A DNA stretch of 64,000 nucleotides from Eledone cirrhosa. Its lineage: Eukaryota. Positions 14,685 through 28,968 of the stretch are shown here, piece by piece. A model generated the notes under the pieces. The model had not been told where the DNA came from and did no database searches. It saw only the letters and a program-made list of their open reading frames with translations. Made by a program: the position numbers and the translations under genes. The DNA is taken from contig OZ024743.1 in assembly GCA_964016885.1 (NCBI GenBank), positions 4,464,001 to 4,528,000 of the forward strand, written 5' to 3'. The stretch's first letter is position 1, and the number at the start of each line of letters is the position of its first letter.

Positions 14685-14799
14685 ACGTATATATGTATAT
14701 ATGTGCATATATATGTATGTATGTATATATATATATATATAAATATATACCAAGTTTACTTGGTGAGGAAGGTGATTTTGGACACCCTGCAGGACAAAA

Positions 14800-14978
14800 A
14801 ACAATCCTCAGCATTCTCGTGTAGCAGCCATCCACCATCTGAGTGAGTTTCTTGATCAGTGTCCAAGTCTCAGACCCGTACAGCAGCACAGACTCCACTA
14901 CAGCAATGAAAAGGCGTATTTTCAGGTCTTTACGAAGGTGCGAGTTCCACATTGATCTCAAGCTGTGGCACGCCGCCC
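14800..14978 (-). pseudogene. RTE/RTE-X reverse transcriptase C-terminal fragment
   Basis: [22 protein letters not shown]...DGCYTRMLR. Confidence 0.75.
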
Positions 14979-15339
14979 AATATATATATATATATATTGT
15001 TATACTTTGGGAGTGTCATGCTGCCAATAAAAACACACGCACCTGTTGATTTTAACTTCAATTTATTATAAATTTCTGGTTGGTTGGTTCAATAACCGGA
15101 TGGTTGTTTATATATTGTCAAAGCTCTTTCGTCACACATTTTGTGACCTCGTCAGTGACTAGATTTTTATTTAGTATCTCTCCTTTTTTCTGTCCTACAC
15201 CATCTTTGTTTTGTGGGTTGTGTTGTCACTAGTCACTGGGTGTTTTTATTGGCAGCACAACCCTCCGAAAGTATAAAAATATATGTTTCAACACACGTTT
15301 TCAGATAAGAAATCTTGCGAAACAAATTCAAAAACGAAG

Positions 15340-15440
<101 letters not shown>

Positions 15441-15568
15441 ACACACATATATATATATATACGTTATTCCGCGTTGAATCGGAGGTAACCACAGTAAGTA
15501 AGGTACTCAATACATTGCAGAGTATAAAAGTTTTAATATAGATGAGATTCTACAGGACTAGAACTGTT

Positions 15569-17595
15569 TCATTCTTTAGAAATCATCAGGAATCTGGGTA
15601 TCAAAAAATCATTTGAAAGCGGGATATTGTTCAATTCCTTCTCAGCCTTTTCACCAAACATGGATTTTACCATCTTTTTGCAAGCTGGGGGGATGACTGA
15701 CTCAGTAAGCGTGTGGGATTTAGATTTTAATCCTATTATTTCAACCACCTGAATTAACTGGGTTCGTTCAGACACCGTCATTTTTTTTTCAAAATAACTT
15801 CGCTGTTTTGATTTCTGCTCTAACAGTCTTTGAAAGTAGTCAAGCTTTTTATCTTTCAGAGATGAATGTTTTGAATTTAAATGTCTTTTTTGGTACCATG
15901 GATTCATTTGACATTGTTTCACCGCACACTACGCATGATGGACTTGATTTGTCAATGTCACCAGACCAATAAAATCCAAATTTCAAATAATTTTCACAAT
16001 ATTGTCGATTAAGGTTTCTCTTTATGACAATAGAGGTTGATGGTTGTTCGCCTCTGGACTTAGACTCGTCACTAATATCTTTCCTTTTCAAATATTTATC
16101 CATTGTGAAGGGTCATGAAATATCAATATGACAGTTTTGGGTTGGATTGTCTATATTGACAGTGTCTTTCGGTCCCACAAAGCCTTCTCTTTCGTGTACA
16201 AACAGCAAAACAATAAAAAATATGTCTTCCTACCTAAAATTGATGTTTTAAGAGACCATTTCTAGCTGGAAATCATCAATTTTCGATGTATTACGCACAA
16301 AAATAGTCAATGTTTCAGCACTGACAACACATCGTAAATCCGCCATTTTTGCTATGTTCCACACACCAGTAGACAGCTACAGACCTCTACTCTACCCTCA
16401 TTAGCATAAGATGATGAAACACTGGAACTCTCCGGTGTAAAAAGCCAGAAAATCGACCCATATTGAACAAGCAAATGCACATAGAGCCTTCTTTTCGGCT
16501 ACACTCACTGAATGGCACCCGCTGATTAGTCCAGCACATCACGTGACCACGCCTTCCCCCATCACAATGTAAACATGGCGGCCAAACTCACTCTTCCGAT
16601 GGGATAACCCACCAGAAAATTAGAAAATTATTCTGTATAGAGATGAAGCAAGACAAAATATATGTAAAGGGAAGCTAACATAGACTCATTAAGTAGCATG
16701 AACCAGAAAATTCTGAGCTAAATCATCGGTATCATCCATAGATTGTTCCGAAACAGAGGCAGAAGCTGACATTTGTGTTTCTAATCTTTACAGACAATTT
16801 TTTCAAAATGGGTACTTCTCAAAATTTCAAAGCTTGTTCCAGAAAATCTACTCGATAGATTTGCTTGAAATTTTGAGGAGACCTTCCTTATAATAGTAGT
16901 TTCATCGTGACAGAAGGATTTTAAAAGAAATTCTGCCCTGAAAAAATGTTATAGTCACTTTTATCCAAAAAATGTGATTCTTTTCAGTTTTTTACTGATC
17001 AGCACACTAATGACGATAAAAAAATGTTTTTCAAAATATCAAAAGAAGGCTTCTGTTACCATACAATGACTGGTTTTCTGATTCTAAAAATATAAAAATC
17101 ATCTTCATAGCTTATTTGGATTTTCTAAAAAAAACTCTGAAAATTACTCTATTTTTCAACCATTTTGGGTCATATCTCAGCAAAAAATAGGACTAGAGGA
17201 AAAAGAAATATATCATTTGTCTCAGTTTTAGAGGTAGATTCTACCATAAAAGTGGAAAAAAGATTCATGATAAAATAAATTTGTTTTCTTCCGGGGCGGG
17301 GGGGGGGGGGTCCCACGTTAAGACAAATATTGACCAATATCCATTCATATACTAATGACAAACGAAACAATAAAAGATATTGAATTTTTAGCATTGCGAC
17401 ATTTGGAAACATTTCGCTCATCCCTAAATGAACAAAGCTATGTGGTGCAACATGTTACATCACAGACTGTGAATACTCAATTGGGATCACGTGGTCTTTC
17501 ACATTTTCTTAATGTGCCGTTCAAAATTTCACGGCACACTTAAGAAGATATCACGGCACGCCTGTGTGCCGCGGCACACTGGTTGAGAATCACTG
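15569..17595 (-). mobile_element. Decayed hAT (Buster/Charlie-like) DNA transposon, 5' part
   Basis: Frameshifted transposase N-terminus at 15569-16103 (RQYCENYLKFGF...PSCVVCGETMSNESMVP, RHLNSKH BED finger, HTLTESVIPPACKKMV...IPLSND). The terminus reads CAGTGATTCTCAACC on minus at 17595, with subterminal cggcac repeats. Confidence 0.85.
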
Positions 17596-19020
17596 ATATA
17601 GATCCGCCTTCCCGTAAACATACCTATACATACAAACATACATGTACACAGACATACATATACACGCATACACATACATATATAAACACACGCACACACT
17701 CATACATATGTATATATTTATTCATATATGTACATACATATATAATCTTACATACATGTTTTTAACTATCACCGTAAACATATATGTATACACATATATA
17801 TGCGTATATGTAAACACTCATATATACCTTTTTATAAATTAACTAATTGGGTAATTGTTTCCTTAAGTATCTATATAAATTCATATAGAAAATTAAACTA
17901 CATATAAATCGTGGTAGTTAACAGATTAGATATAAAAGGTATGTAAAAAGGATTAAATGGATAAAAATAATTGATTTACAATTGACCCGCTTTAGATAGT
18001 CCGATTAATTCAGTTTAATCTCAGTATTGGCTTACGTAAGTACTCCTCGTAAGGAATTATATACCGTCGCACCCTAAGCCTAGAGCCCATCACTCTTCCC
18101 CTTCACCCTCCTCATGTTTCTGCGACCCTAGATCCCTTGCCTTTCCGTTCCTCTTCCGTTTTCATGACTACTAAAGTCACTTGAATTTGTTTACAATAAA
18201 TCTCATTTCAGAAAGGTATTTGTATTTAAAAGACAAAACAAAAAAAAAAAAAACCCCAGAAATAAATGAATCTGGATATTTGGGAGGAGGATATTATGTA
18301 CTGGAAGAAAGTGTAGGTTCGTAGGGTCTAAACGTTTTTAGGATTTTGCGATTGCAGGAAATGATTAGTTCTAGAATATATGATGTAAATATAGTTTAAT
18401 AGAAAAAGAGAAAAAGAAAATTTGGATTGAAAAGAATGGAATGTAAAATAGGAAAATATAAAGAAAAGTGAGAGAGAAAAAAAACGGAAAAGGGAAGAAA
18501 TGGCAAGGACCCTTGTGTCACAGAATGATGAGAAAGAGGAGGAGGAGGAGGATTGGGCTCTGAGCGTGGCGGTAAAGCGGCTGCGCCCCTGGACAAGACC
18601 GCAAATGCATTCCCGTTGACAAAGGCCAGCGACACCTGCTACAACAGCCACCCCACCTCGCGGGGCTCCCTCCTCAGACGGGCCGCTGACGTTCCGATCT
18701 TGTGGAGGAGCTCGACTGTACGGGGTCCAAGTACACCTGCGGTCTTAACGGCGACTGCTGCGAAGAGGAAGCGGTCGGTCAATCACCGGTATTTGATTCT
18801 TGTTTCATATTAAGAAGGGGTTCCTTGGAAATCATGATTGGAAAAACCTCCTGCGAGCATGACAGGCATTCCCTACGTTCTGCCTGATATGGCATTTGTT
18901 TTAAACTCTCCATTCTAAATTCTACTTGATATTCCTAAGCTATTATTTATTAATAGCTTTCACTAGTGAAGTTGTATTTGCCAATTTACTAATTTACTAT
19001 GTTTAAAAGAGAGTGACTGA

Positions 19021-19103
<83 letters not shown>

Positions 19104-19370
19104 AATATATATATATATAAATTCACTGTCGCTCCTATGTACGTCTGTGTATTGTTTTTCGTAATGAGTTTATATTGTTAAACTATACTGCTAATTAAAC
19201 ACATTCCGTTAAGTGGGCAGTTTACTCTAACTCTGCAATTGCAGTTTAGGTTAGTTGGATGATCGGAGGAATTCAGGATACAGTCGGTTGGACTGTTGTT
19301 GTTTTTCGTTTTGTTTGTTTTTAGTGTGCTTGCCTAAGCCCATTCTGATACTCAGGGTAGGTATTAGATA

Positions 19371-19525
19371 TGGTGGATTGGCAGTATCGGTAGAGGGTCG
19401 GACGCCATGCTTTCCAACATAGTTACGTCCCTTTACGGTTTGAGTTCAAATCCCGTCGAGGTTAACTCTGCCTTTCATCCTTACGGGTTGGACAAAATAA
19501 AGTACCAGTAATGCACTGGGTAATT
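19371..19525 (+). mobile_element. tRNA-derived SINE
   Basis: Same consensus as the other young copies. Confidence 0.85.
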
Positions 19526-20174
19526 AGTATAAACAATTATTTTATGACACATACACACACACACCCACTCATGATGAGATTAAACGTATGTTTAATATGC
19601 TTAAAATATTGTATATGTCTTCACGTACGACTTTATGTATTTATACGTCACACACACAAATACACCCATCTACACACGCACATACATCTATTTACACACA
19701 ATACACACACCCATCTACACACGCACATACACCCATTAACATAGGCACAGCTTAATGTCTCCCCTATTGGTGCAATAAAGTCTGTAGTTGTCCCCAGTCC
19801 GTGTGTGGAGGTTAGGAGATCAGCTTTAGATATAGGCATACATATTGCTATTTGAGTCCTTTGGTAAGATAGAGTCTTGGTTACAACCCTCAATAGGCTG
19901 CACTCATTTTGTGGAGTTAACCTCTACAGCAAAATATCATGCCCATACATTATGGAGCTTAGTATGTAGCAGTTGTAATGTTCAAATGACTGCTGGCTTG
20001 GATCACTACTTTTTCTGCTTTGTTAACTGTCGTACAAGGAAAAGATTTCTGAGTTAAGGAGAAACTGCAATCTGCCGGAGGTGCATGTGTCTACTGTTAC
20101 TATCAGCTACTCGAAACCAAATAGATATGTGTGGGGGGGGGGGGGGGGGGGGTGAGTAGGAGTAAATATATATA

Positions 20175-20672
20175 TAAACGGAAAAAATGAAACGAAATTT
20201 CATTTCCCACTCTTAGTACGGCTGTTACTTAAATATAAGTATGTACACGTACATACATATATGTATACAGACGTACAGTAGTATGTATATATATATATAT
20301 ATATACATGCACACATATATAAATGTACGTATGGATTCACCGAACATTTATTATAATGCTTGGTGTGTTTGTAAACAAACATCCCGTATTAAGCCGTAGT
20401 GTCTAGCAACCATCGTTGCTCGTTTGTTCAACACTGACAAAGGAACGCTGTACTAGTTTCAAGCTTATTAGCTATCGTCAGCAACGTATACCTTCCTGCC
20501 AGATTGTTGAACGTATATACTTACCTTATGCATATTAACGGCTGAGTAGCCCAATTTGCATATCGAGTGGGTTAATCGGCCGGGTGCACCGAAAACGATA
20601 AACGGAAAAAATGAAACGAAATTTCATTTCCCACTCTTAGTACGGCTGTTACTTAAATATAAGTATGTACAC

Positions 20673-20675
<3 letters not shown>
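20175..20675 (-). mobile_element. Hammerhead-bearing PLE-like repeat with a direct terminal duplication; family also at 22625-23350
   Basis: 20175-20250 is repeated at 20599-20675. Hammerhead at 20446-20486. Confidence 0.7.
20446..20486 (-). ncRNA. Minimal type I hammerhead ribozyme
   Basis: CGTTG-CTGACGA-tAGC taataa GCTt-GAAAC-TA-GTA-CAGCG; palindromic stem III ACTAGT. Confidence 0.75.
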
Positions 20676-20726
<51 letters not shown>

Positions 20727-20737
20727 GCATGTATATA

Positions 20738-20817
20738 CAGGATGTTCCCCAAAAAATGTATACACATATTTATTAGAATGCTATTGAAGACTGTATACAT
20801 TTTTGGGAGACACCCTG
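20738..20817. mobile_element. Tc1/mariner-like MITE of about 80 bp
   Basis: TIRs caggatgttccccaaaaaatgtataca / tgtatacatttttgggagacaccctg, with TA immediately 5'. Confidence 0.65.
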
Positions 20818-20849
20818 TGTGTATATATATATGTATATATATATATTTC

Positions 20850-21460
20850 GTTTCTGAATTTGTTTAGCAAGATTCTTTATCTGAAAACGTGTGTTGAAAC
20901 CGATATTGTTATACTTTGGGAGGGTCATGTTGCCAATAAGAAACACACGCACCAGTTGCTTTCACTTCAATTTATTATAAATTAAATTTATAAATTTAGG
21001 AATTTATAAATTTCTAGTTGGTTGGTTGGTTCCACAACCAGAGGATTGTTCATATATTTTCAAACTTCTTTCGTCACACATTCTGTGACCTCTTCAGTGA
21101 CTGGGGATTCTTTTCTTTGTTTTTGTGCTTCTCCTTTGTTCAGTCCTACGCCATCTTGTTTGTGTTGTCTGCTTAGTTTGCGCATGTGTTACATCCGGGT
21201 GTCTGTGTGTGTTTATATTTGTTTATTTATTTGTTTATTTACATGTTACTGGTTGGTTGGTTGTTCTATGTGTGTGTGTGTTTTCATTTTGTCCTTAATT
21301 GTAAGTTGTGATGTTGCTATTCCATTCAATCGTCTGGTTGTGGAACCAACCAACCGGAAATTTATAAATTCCTAAATTTATAAATTTAATTTATAATAAA
21401 TTGAAGTGAAAGCAACTGGTGCGTGTGTTTCTTATTGGCAAAATGACCCTCCCAAAGCTT

Positions 21461-21468
<8 letters not shown>
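20850..21468. mobile_element. Family A repeat with inverted arms (inverted pLTR)
   Basis: 20905-21050 is the reverse complement of 21327-21468. Confidence 0.75.
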
Positions 21469-21550
<82 letters not shown>

Positions 21551-21552
21551 GT

Positions 21553-22385
21553 ATATGATAATAATGGAGCTGCGGCGTTGCAAATGGGTTACATATGAAA
21601 AAGTTTGTCCTTCATCAGTGGTCTTCCAACCGTCATAAGCATTTCATCGCTTTAAAGACCATATACCTCAGGTTGGTGCGAGCAAGGACTAAAAAAAGTC
21701 GTTGGGACACGTAAATAAAGGGGACGTTAGGGTAAACAAACAAAATGGTTTAAGCAACAGAAAGTGATGAAGAAAGAGACAAGTCCCAGATTTCTATGAA
21801 TATAAATTCGGTGAAATCGTGAACGAGAGAATAAAGACCATCAAACCTGGTTGAAATGTGAGCAAGGAAGGAATTTCGCACAGGTCTAACGGGAGGAAGA
21901 AAGGGTCTGGTCTGCGAATTCGGTAAACATAAGTTCTGTGAAATCGCAGACGAGAGAGAGAGAGAGAAAAAAAATTCATACCGGCTTGGCCAAGGGCGCG
22001 CGAGAAAAGAATTACGGACAGGTCAAACGGGAAGAAAGAGGAGGAGGAGGAGAGGTAGTGACAGAGAAAGAGTGAGTGAAGGGTGAGGAAGAGACTAACA
22101 GAGAGAGAGACTGCTAGAAAGGGTAAAGATACAAAGAACGAAACAGACGGGTAGCACAGAGGAAAAAATATATGTGTAAATATGATAATAATGGAGCTGC
22201 GGCGTTGCAAATGGGTTACATATGAAAAAGTGTGTCCTTCATCAGTGGTCTTCCAACCGTCATAGGCATTTCATCGCTTTAAAGACCATATACCTCAGGT
22301 TGGGCGAGCAACGGCTAAAAAAAGTCGTTGGGACACGTAAATAAAGGGGACGCTAGGGTAAACAAACAAAATGGTTTAAGCAATA
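21553..22385 (-). mobile_element. Repeat with ~200 bp direct terminal repeats (tandem pLTR-like)
   Basis: 21553-21757 is repeated at 22181-22383. Confidence 0.7.
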
Positions 22386-22576
22386 AGATCTAGAGGGACT
22401 GTGAGAGAGGTACAAGACAACCTAGAGAAAAGGGTAGAGTCAGTAAAGAATCTCCCTGTTAAATATGATATATAGGGACTGTGAGAGTGTAATAAGACAA
22501 TCTAGAGGAAAGGGTAGGGACAGTAAAAGATCTCCCTGTTAAATATAAGATCTAGAGGGACTGATATATATGGATT

Positions 22577-22624
<48 letters not shown>

Positions 22625-22628
<4 letters not shown>

Positions 22629-23350
22629 ATTTCCCGAGCATTTATTATAATGCTCGGTGTGTTTGTAAACAAACATCCCGAATTAAGCCGTACAGTGTTT
22701 AGCAACCATAGTTGCCCTTTTGTTCAACACTGACAAAGGAACGATGTACTAGTTTCAAGTTTGTTAGCTATCGTCAGCACCGTATACCTTCCTGCTAGAT
22801 GATTGAACGTCTGAAAGTATGTACTTTCCTTATGCATATTAATGGCTGAGCAGCCTAATTTGCATATCGAGTGAGTTAATCGGCCGGGCGCACCGAAAAA
22901 GATAAATGGAAAAATTGAAACGAAATTTCATTTCTCACTCTTAGTACGGCTGTTACTTAAATATAAGTATGTATACGTACATACATATATGTATACGTAC
23001 ATACATATATGTATACATATATGTATACAGACGCAAATTAGGCTGCTCAGCCATTAATATGCATAAGGAAAGTATATACTTTCAGACGTTCAATCATCTG
23101 GCAGGAAGGTATACGGTGCTGACGATAGCTAATAAGCTTGAAACTAGTACAGCGTTCCTTTGTCAGTGTTGAACAAAAGGGCAACGGTGGTTGCTAAACA
23201 CTGTACGGCTTAATTCGGGATGCTTGTTTACAAACAAACCGAGCATTATAATAAATGTTCGGTAAATCCATACGTACGTATATATATATATATCTGTGTG
23301 CATGTATGTATATATATACATACTACTGTACGTCTGTATACATATATGTA
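22625..23350. mobile_element. Inverted pair of hammerhead-bearing PLE-like repeats
   Basis: 22625-22863 is the reverse complement of 23033-23272. Hammerheads at 22742-22782 (-) and 23114-23154 (+). Confidence 0.8.
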
Positions 23351-23364
23351 TGTACGTATACATA

Positions 23365-23462
<98 letters not shown>

Positions 23463-23685
23463 CATTTTTTTCCTTCTACACGTGTGCATAAACACACACT
23501 CACACATATACTCTTACACATATTTATGTATATACATATATTTACACACACATAGAGAAATATACAAAAGATATATAAGAAAAGCATATAAAGATACACA
23601 TTGGGCTGTACATGAAAAAATACACCTTGATGTACATGCTGACAGAGTTGTTATTATGTTGCCAACGTGGACAGACACAGCTCTC

Positions 23686-23775
<90 letters not shown>

Positions 23776-23784
<9 letters not shown>

Positions 23785-24254
23785 ATATATATGATGAAAC
23801 ACAGATACCAACACATCTGTATTTATATTGCAAAAGAAAATTTAGCCAGAATGCAGTATACTAATTATTATACTACAGTTTGTCCATATCGATTTAAAAT
23901 AATAAATCAACAAAGACGAACTGCATTGCCAAATGGCTATGATGTTTAGACACATTTAAATTTCAAAATCAAACCTGTTCCGTAGATAAGTTTAAACTTT
24001 AAAATCATCTCGAAACATATTTTGATTTTAAAGTTTAAACTTATCTACGGAACAGGTTTGATTTTGAAATTTAAATGTGTCTAAACATCATAGCCATTTG
24101 GCAATGCAGTTCGTCTTTGTTGATTTATTATTTTAAATCGATATGGACAAACTGTAGTATAATAATTAGTATACTTCATTCTGGCTAAATTTTCTTTTGC
24201 AATATAAATACAGATGTGTTGGTATCTGTGTTTCATCATATATATTAGTTTATA
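23776..24254. repeat. ~480 bp palindrome, PLE-like; related to 56442-56948
   Basis: Arms of about 230 bp around a 15-bp spacer at 24008-24022. Shares aaacctgttccgtaga with the 56.6 kb copy. Confidence 0.85.
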
Positions 24255-24323
24255 CACGGCTCAGGGGTATTTCCTCCTGTAAGAATTCATTACACTTAAT
24301 AATATATATATATATATATATAT

Positions 24324-24423
<100 letters not shown>

Positions 24424-24467
24424 TATATATATATACGGTATATATGTATTTATATATATATATATAT

Positions 24468-24787
24468 AACGAAGGATATGTGGTAAGGAACCAGGTGGAC
24501 TATAACGCACCAAAGTACTCAATACTTAGCGTAGTAGAGTGGGTAATAGGAACGAGTAGGACCCCGACGGCTAATTCTGGACAGAATTAGCCGTCGAAAC
24601 GGCTTGAGCTCAGCCGTCGGGGTCCTACTCGTTCCTATATATATACATATACATATAGGAAAAAGTATGACCCCGACGGCAGAGCTCGAGCCGTTTCAAT
24701 GGCTATTTCTGGACGTATTGAGTACTCTGTTGCGTATCGAGTACTCTAGTGCGTTATGGTCCATCTGGTTCCTTACCCCAATTCCTT

Positions 24788-24792
<5 letters not shown>
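24468..24792. repeat. Nested inverted repeats, same family as 52172-52372
   Basis: gtaaggaacca.gtggac.ataacgcac inverted at 24750-24780; inner arms at 24546-24571 and 24612-24639. Confidence 0.7.
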
Positions 24793-24849
<57 letters not shown>

Positions 24850-25411
24850 TATATATGTATATAAATGAAAGGTATATAAAGTATTGTAGCAAGAAGCCAA
24901 CAGTACTCCATAATATATAAGTGACTATAGCGTCAAAATGGGAAAATAGTTAACGTAAGATGTGGGAAAAATAATTCAAACTCAATTCAAAAAGAATCAG
25001 GATATAGACTTATCCAACAGAATTTAGTGAAATCCAGGGAAAAATCAATAGAGCCTTAAGGAGGTGAGTAATATTGTAGAACAATAAAACTATGCATATA
25101 TCAGATAAGTAGCACTCGACAGTTGGTAGAACTGGAGTATATATAAAGAAGAAATTAAAAGATGTTTAAAAAAGTTCCATATATTTTATTATGCGCATTT
25201 CGAAAACAACATCATCCTGGGACAAAAATTGTGTTCTCGTCAGATAAAATTAGGTAACATGATATGAGGCCTAAAAACACTTGTGAACAAGAAAGTGTCC
25301 AGTCAACATATGAGAAAAATATAAGAGAAGAGAAAAAATAGGAAAAATGAAGAAAAGGAAAGAAGGAAAAAGGAAAAATAAATAGAAGAGACGAAAAAAG
25401 TAAGAAAGAAG

Positions 25412-25488
<77 letters not shown>

Positions 25489-25749
25489 ATCGGGAACGCT
25501 GCCAAAATGAAAAAAGCACCTGTGAATAACGGCTAAAAAAATAATAAAAACAAATAAATAAATAAATAAATTGATGAGGTGAATGTGCTAATATTAGAAA
25601 TATTAGATGTCTAGAATATATATAGAAACTGGGTATATTATTTAATATTGAGTTTGAATATTAAAAATTGGATTAAGAAGTGTAAAAATGTATTAATCAA
25701 ATAAAAATAAAATAAAATAAAATAAAATAAAAATTAAATTAAAAATAAT

Positions 25750-25793
<44 letters not shown>

Positions 25794-26028
25794 GGTATAT
25801 ATGTATATATATATATATATATACATACGGTATATATTTATATATATATATATATATATATATTTAGGTTTGTTTGGTTCACCACTGGATAGAACTCGTC
25901 ATTCCGTATGGCCAACCTCGATATAATATTAGGGAGAGCACTCGGCGTAATGCAACTCACTCGTCTTCGTTTGTGCTGTTGGTGGTGCAAGTACGGAGTT
26001 AATTATTATATTCCTTTGTTAAATTTCG

Positions 26029-26092
26029 AATACCTGATGATGTCGCGGATTCATACTGAACCCGGTCACTGAAATGATCATAGAATAATAAA
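26029..26092 (+). ncRNA. Hammerhead-like motif
   Basis: CTGATGA at 26034, hairpin cggattca/tgaacccg, then GAAA-TGATCA-TA and AATAAA. Stem I is weak. Confidence 0.5.
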
Positions 26093-26149
26093 CCTTTTTA
26101 AGGAATTACACTAGTCCAGCCTCCTGTTATTTTATAAATATATTATATA

Positions 26150-26290
26150 TATCGGATGTTGATGCCCTAAGGACAGTCACAGATCTCTTTGAAACGCAGG
26201 ACCTGGTAACGATAATGAGGGACAGGGACCACTGGAGAGAACTCGTCCAAGGATCTCGGGAATTTTACCCGCCCTACATAGATAGATATA
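26150..26290 (+). mobile_element. RTE-X-like LINE 3' tip with TAGA tail
   Basis: DLVTIMRDRDHWRELV, a typical RTE C-terminus, followed by tagatagata. Confidence 0.55.
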
Positions 26291-26601
26291 CCGTATATTT
26301 TCGAACAGTAGTCGATCTCATAAATGTCAACTCTCTATTTTTGGCAAAAAAACTCGGAATTCTCCATAGACCTCGTATAAAACGTTTACTCTCGTATTTC
26401 ACGGATATCAAGTCAACATCTGCGTTGTACGTAGAAATATTACTGTCATGCAATTAGTACTGGAGAGTGGTGTGGTGTTTCTCATTTTAGATATGGTGTT
26501 TATCATTTTAGATATTTAATGCCAAAAATGTATACTTGCTTAAACTATAATCAACCAAGCAACTTGACAAAAGGCTAATTTTCTGGCAATACAGTACGTC
26601 C

Positions 26602-26734
26602 ACTTCTTCTTCATTTTCTTCTTCTTCTTCTTCTTCTTCTTCTTCTTCTTCTTCTTCTTCTTCTTCTTCTTCTTCTTCTTCTTCTTCTTCTTCTTCTTCT
26701 TCTTCTTCTTCTCATTATTATTATTATTATTATT
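26602..26734. repeat. Compound (TTC)n(ATT)n microsatellite, left flank of the retroelement cluster
   Basis: Read directly. Confidence 0.95.
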
Positions 26735-26933
26735 GGCGACCTACGTAGTAAATCGTATCATCGTGAGCTCCGCAAAGGTTTGTTATTTCCGTTTGTTAAA
26801 AATTGCCATTTATAGAACATTTTTATTGTTAAATATATATAAGCGCACATACATTGTTTTCCGAAAAGGACACCCAAAATTGTGCCCAAAATTTAAACTT
26901 TTATGATTATCAAAAAATTTCTTTCATAACAAA

Positions 26934-28934
26934 ATGGCTAATTCAACACTGCACCAAGCAGCTGAAAGCCTTTCTCACAAATTAACACCTCACACCGACA
27001 CCACCATTGTAAATGTTACTACGTTTGCCAACACTAAAAAAAATATAAGCAGTAGCAATATTTTAAATTTGTCTCAGGCAGACATTCATTTCCCGCCATT
27101 ACCAATAACTGCAGGTGTTAAAGCCTCCACCACCACCACCACCACCACCACCGCGACAACCCCCCACCACCACCACCACCACCACCACCACCGCGACAAC
27201 AGAAACAAAAGAAGAAAAAAAAATTAACTCGTGATGTCGAAATGAAATCAAGCAAAATGGACTCTTCCCCACCAAAGACGACTGACGTCACCACCACCAC
27301 AACTGAAACTAAAATTAATAATAACAAAAATAACGATAGCAACAACAGCAATGACATTAAAAAACCACCCTCAGTTTTGCCTGAGTAGCAAAACAGTTCG
27401 AAGCATTTACGGTAACTCAGGAGGATTTAGAAAATGCCAAACAAATGGTAAAGAAAGATGGGTACAGGGTCAACCTCATCCTCCCACCTAATAAAATGGA
27501 GCATCGGCGCCTATGCACCGTGTCATATCGAACAATAAATGTAAAATCGCGCCGAGTAGAACGGGCATCCGAGTCCCAAATCCAAAAAGCTTTGGGACAT
27601 GTGTGGGCAAGAAAAACCCACATCAGACGTGGGCAGAAGTATGGAACCGTGGACGTGTTCTTTGAAACACCAGAGGAGGCTAGAGAACACTCCATGGCCC
27701 CATTAAGAAGTGACGACTTCACACTCGTCCCAAGTTATTGTGGCCAGAGACTCGTAAAGATCAGGGTGACCCACGTTCCACCGGCCATCGAAATTCCCTG
27801 GCTAATAGCGGCCGTCCTCGCCGGCATCGAAGCCAACACAAAAATAATAGCAATAGCAAAAGAAAAGCAGGAGAACTGGTCCGGATCTGGGATGGAGCTC
27901 CTGATCCAAGCGGACCAAAAAAGCATTGAGGAGCTCCCAGAGGTAATAGACCTCACTGACGGCAGCCACCTCACCGTAATTGTCGAGGGCAGAAGGCCTA
28001 GGTGTGTCGTTTGTGGTGAAGGAACCCACCTGAGGGCTTTCTGCCCTCAGGCTAAAAGGTTGAGGCCACCTCTCCTACCCACCCCAGTGACACAACCATC
28101 AACACCACCAGTAGCAGAGATGGCAGCAACAAATGTAGCAGCAACAACAGAAGCAACTATAACAGCAACAACCCCAGCAACAGTAGCAAAACCAACACCA
28201 CCAGCAAAACCAACACCACCACCACCCAACGCTTCAGAACTAGCACCAGCGCCTACACCATCCAACACGCCACAACCATAACTAACGCCTGTGGAGGATT
28301 TTCCACTCCCCGGCCTATCACAACTGGAGACAGATTGTGACGACGAGGAGTGGGAAACGGTATCAGGAAAAAAAAAAGAAACCAAAATAGAAAAAATTAT
28401 TTTCCTTCCCCCTCCAAAAACAAAATACAGAGGGAAACAAATAAATTAACAAACAAAAAAGTTAGGACAGATATGCCACCATCCACACCAGCATCCCCAA
28501 CCCCATCAACCCAAACACCAACACCATCACCATCATTAACCCCAACACCACCATCACCTACACCACAAAAGTCACCAAAATGCAAAACAGAAACAAACCC
28601 ACAACAAACGCAAACAAAACAAAACAACCAAAACGATACACACTACACAGCATTAAATTTGAACAACAAGCAATTATAACACTACATCCAACACAACACC
28701 AGCATCACAGAAAAAGACTACACAACAACCCAAAGATTCACACCACCTCCACACATACAAATCACTCGCATCACACAGAAAACGTACATGACACTAAAAC
28801 AAAAATTCCCCAAAGACATCGGAGACTTCCGACAAGCACTCTCCAGGAGGATTTATAAGGACATCCTTCCTGAGGAGGCCACAAGCAGTGAAAAGGATGG
28901 AAAAACCGTCCTTCCCCTACGAGAAGTAAGGTAA
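26934..28934 (+). pseudogene. Tx1 ORF1 (RRM-like region plus CCHC knuckle), disrupted
   Basis: Pieces 26934-27227, 27445-28281 (CVVCGEGTHLRAFC) and 28350-28679; ends ...LPLREVR*. Homologous to the ORF1 of copy 2. Confidence 0.8.
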
Positions 28935-28968
28935 GTGGTCTTTCCCATCTTTTCCACTCCTTTTCAAC

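Noticed and set aside
26760-26790. Splice-donor-like sites near LINE 5' ends (also ~32678 and ~43560 on minus)
   Set aside because: Weak matches with no identified acceptors; could be chance.
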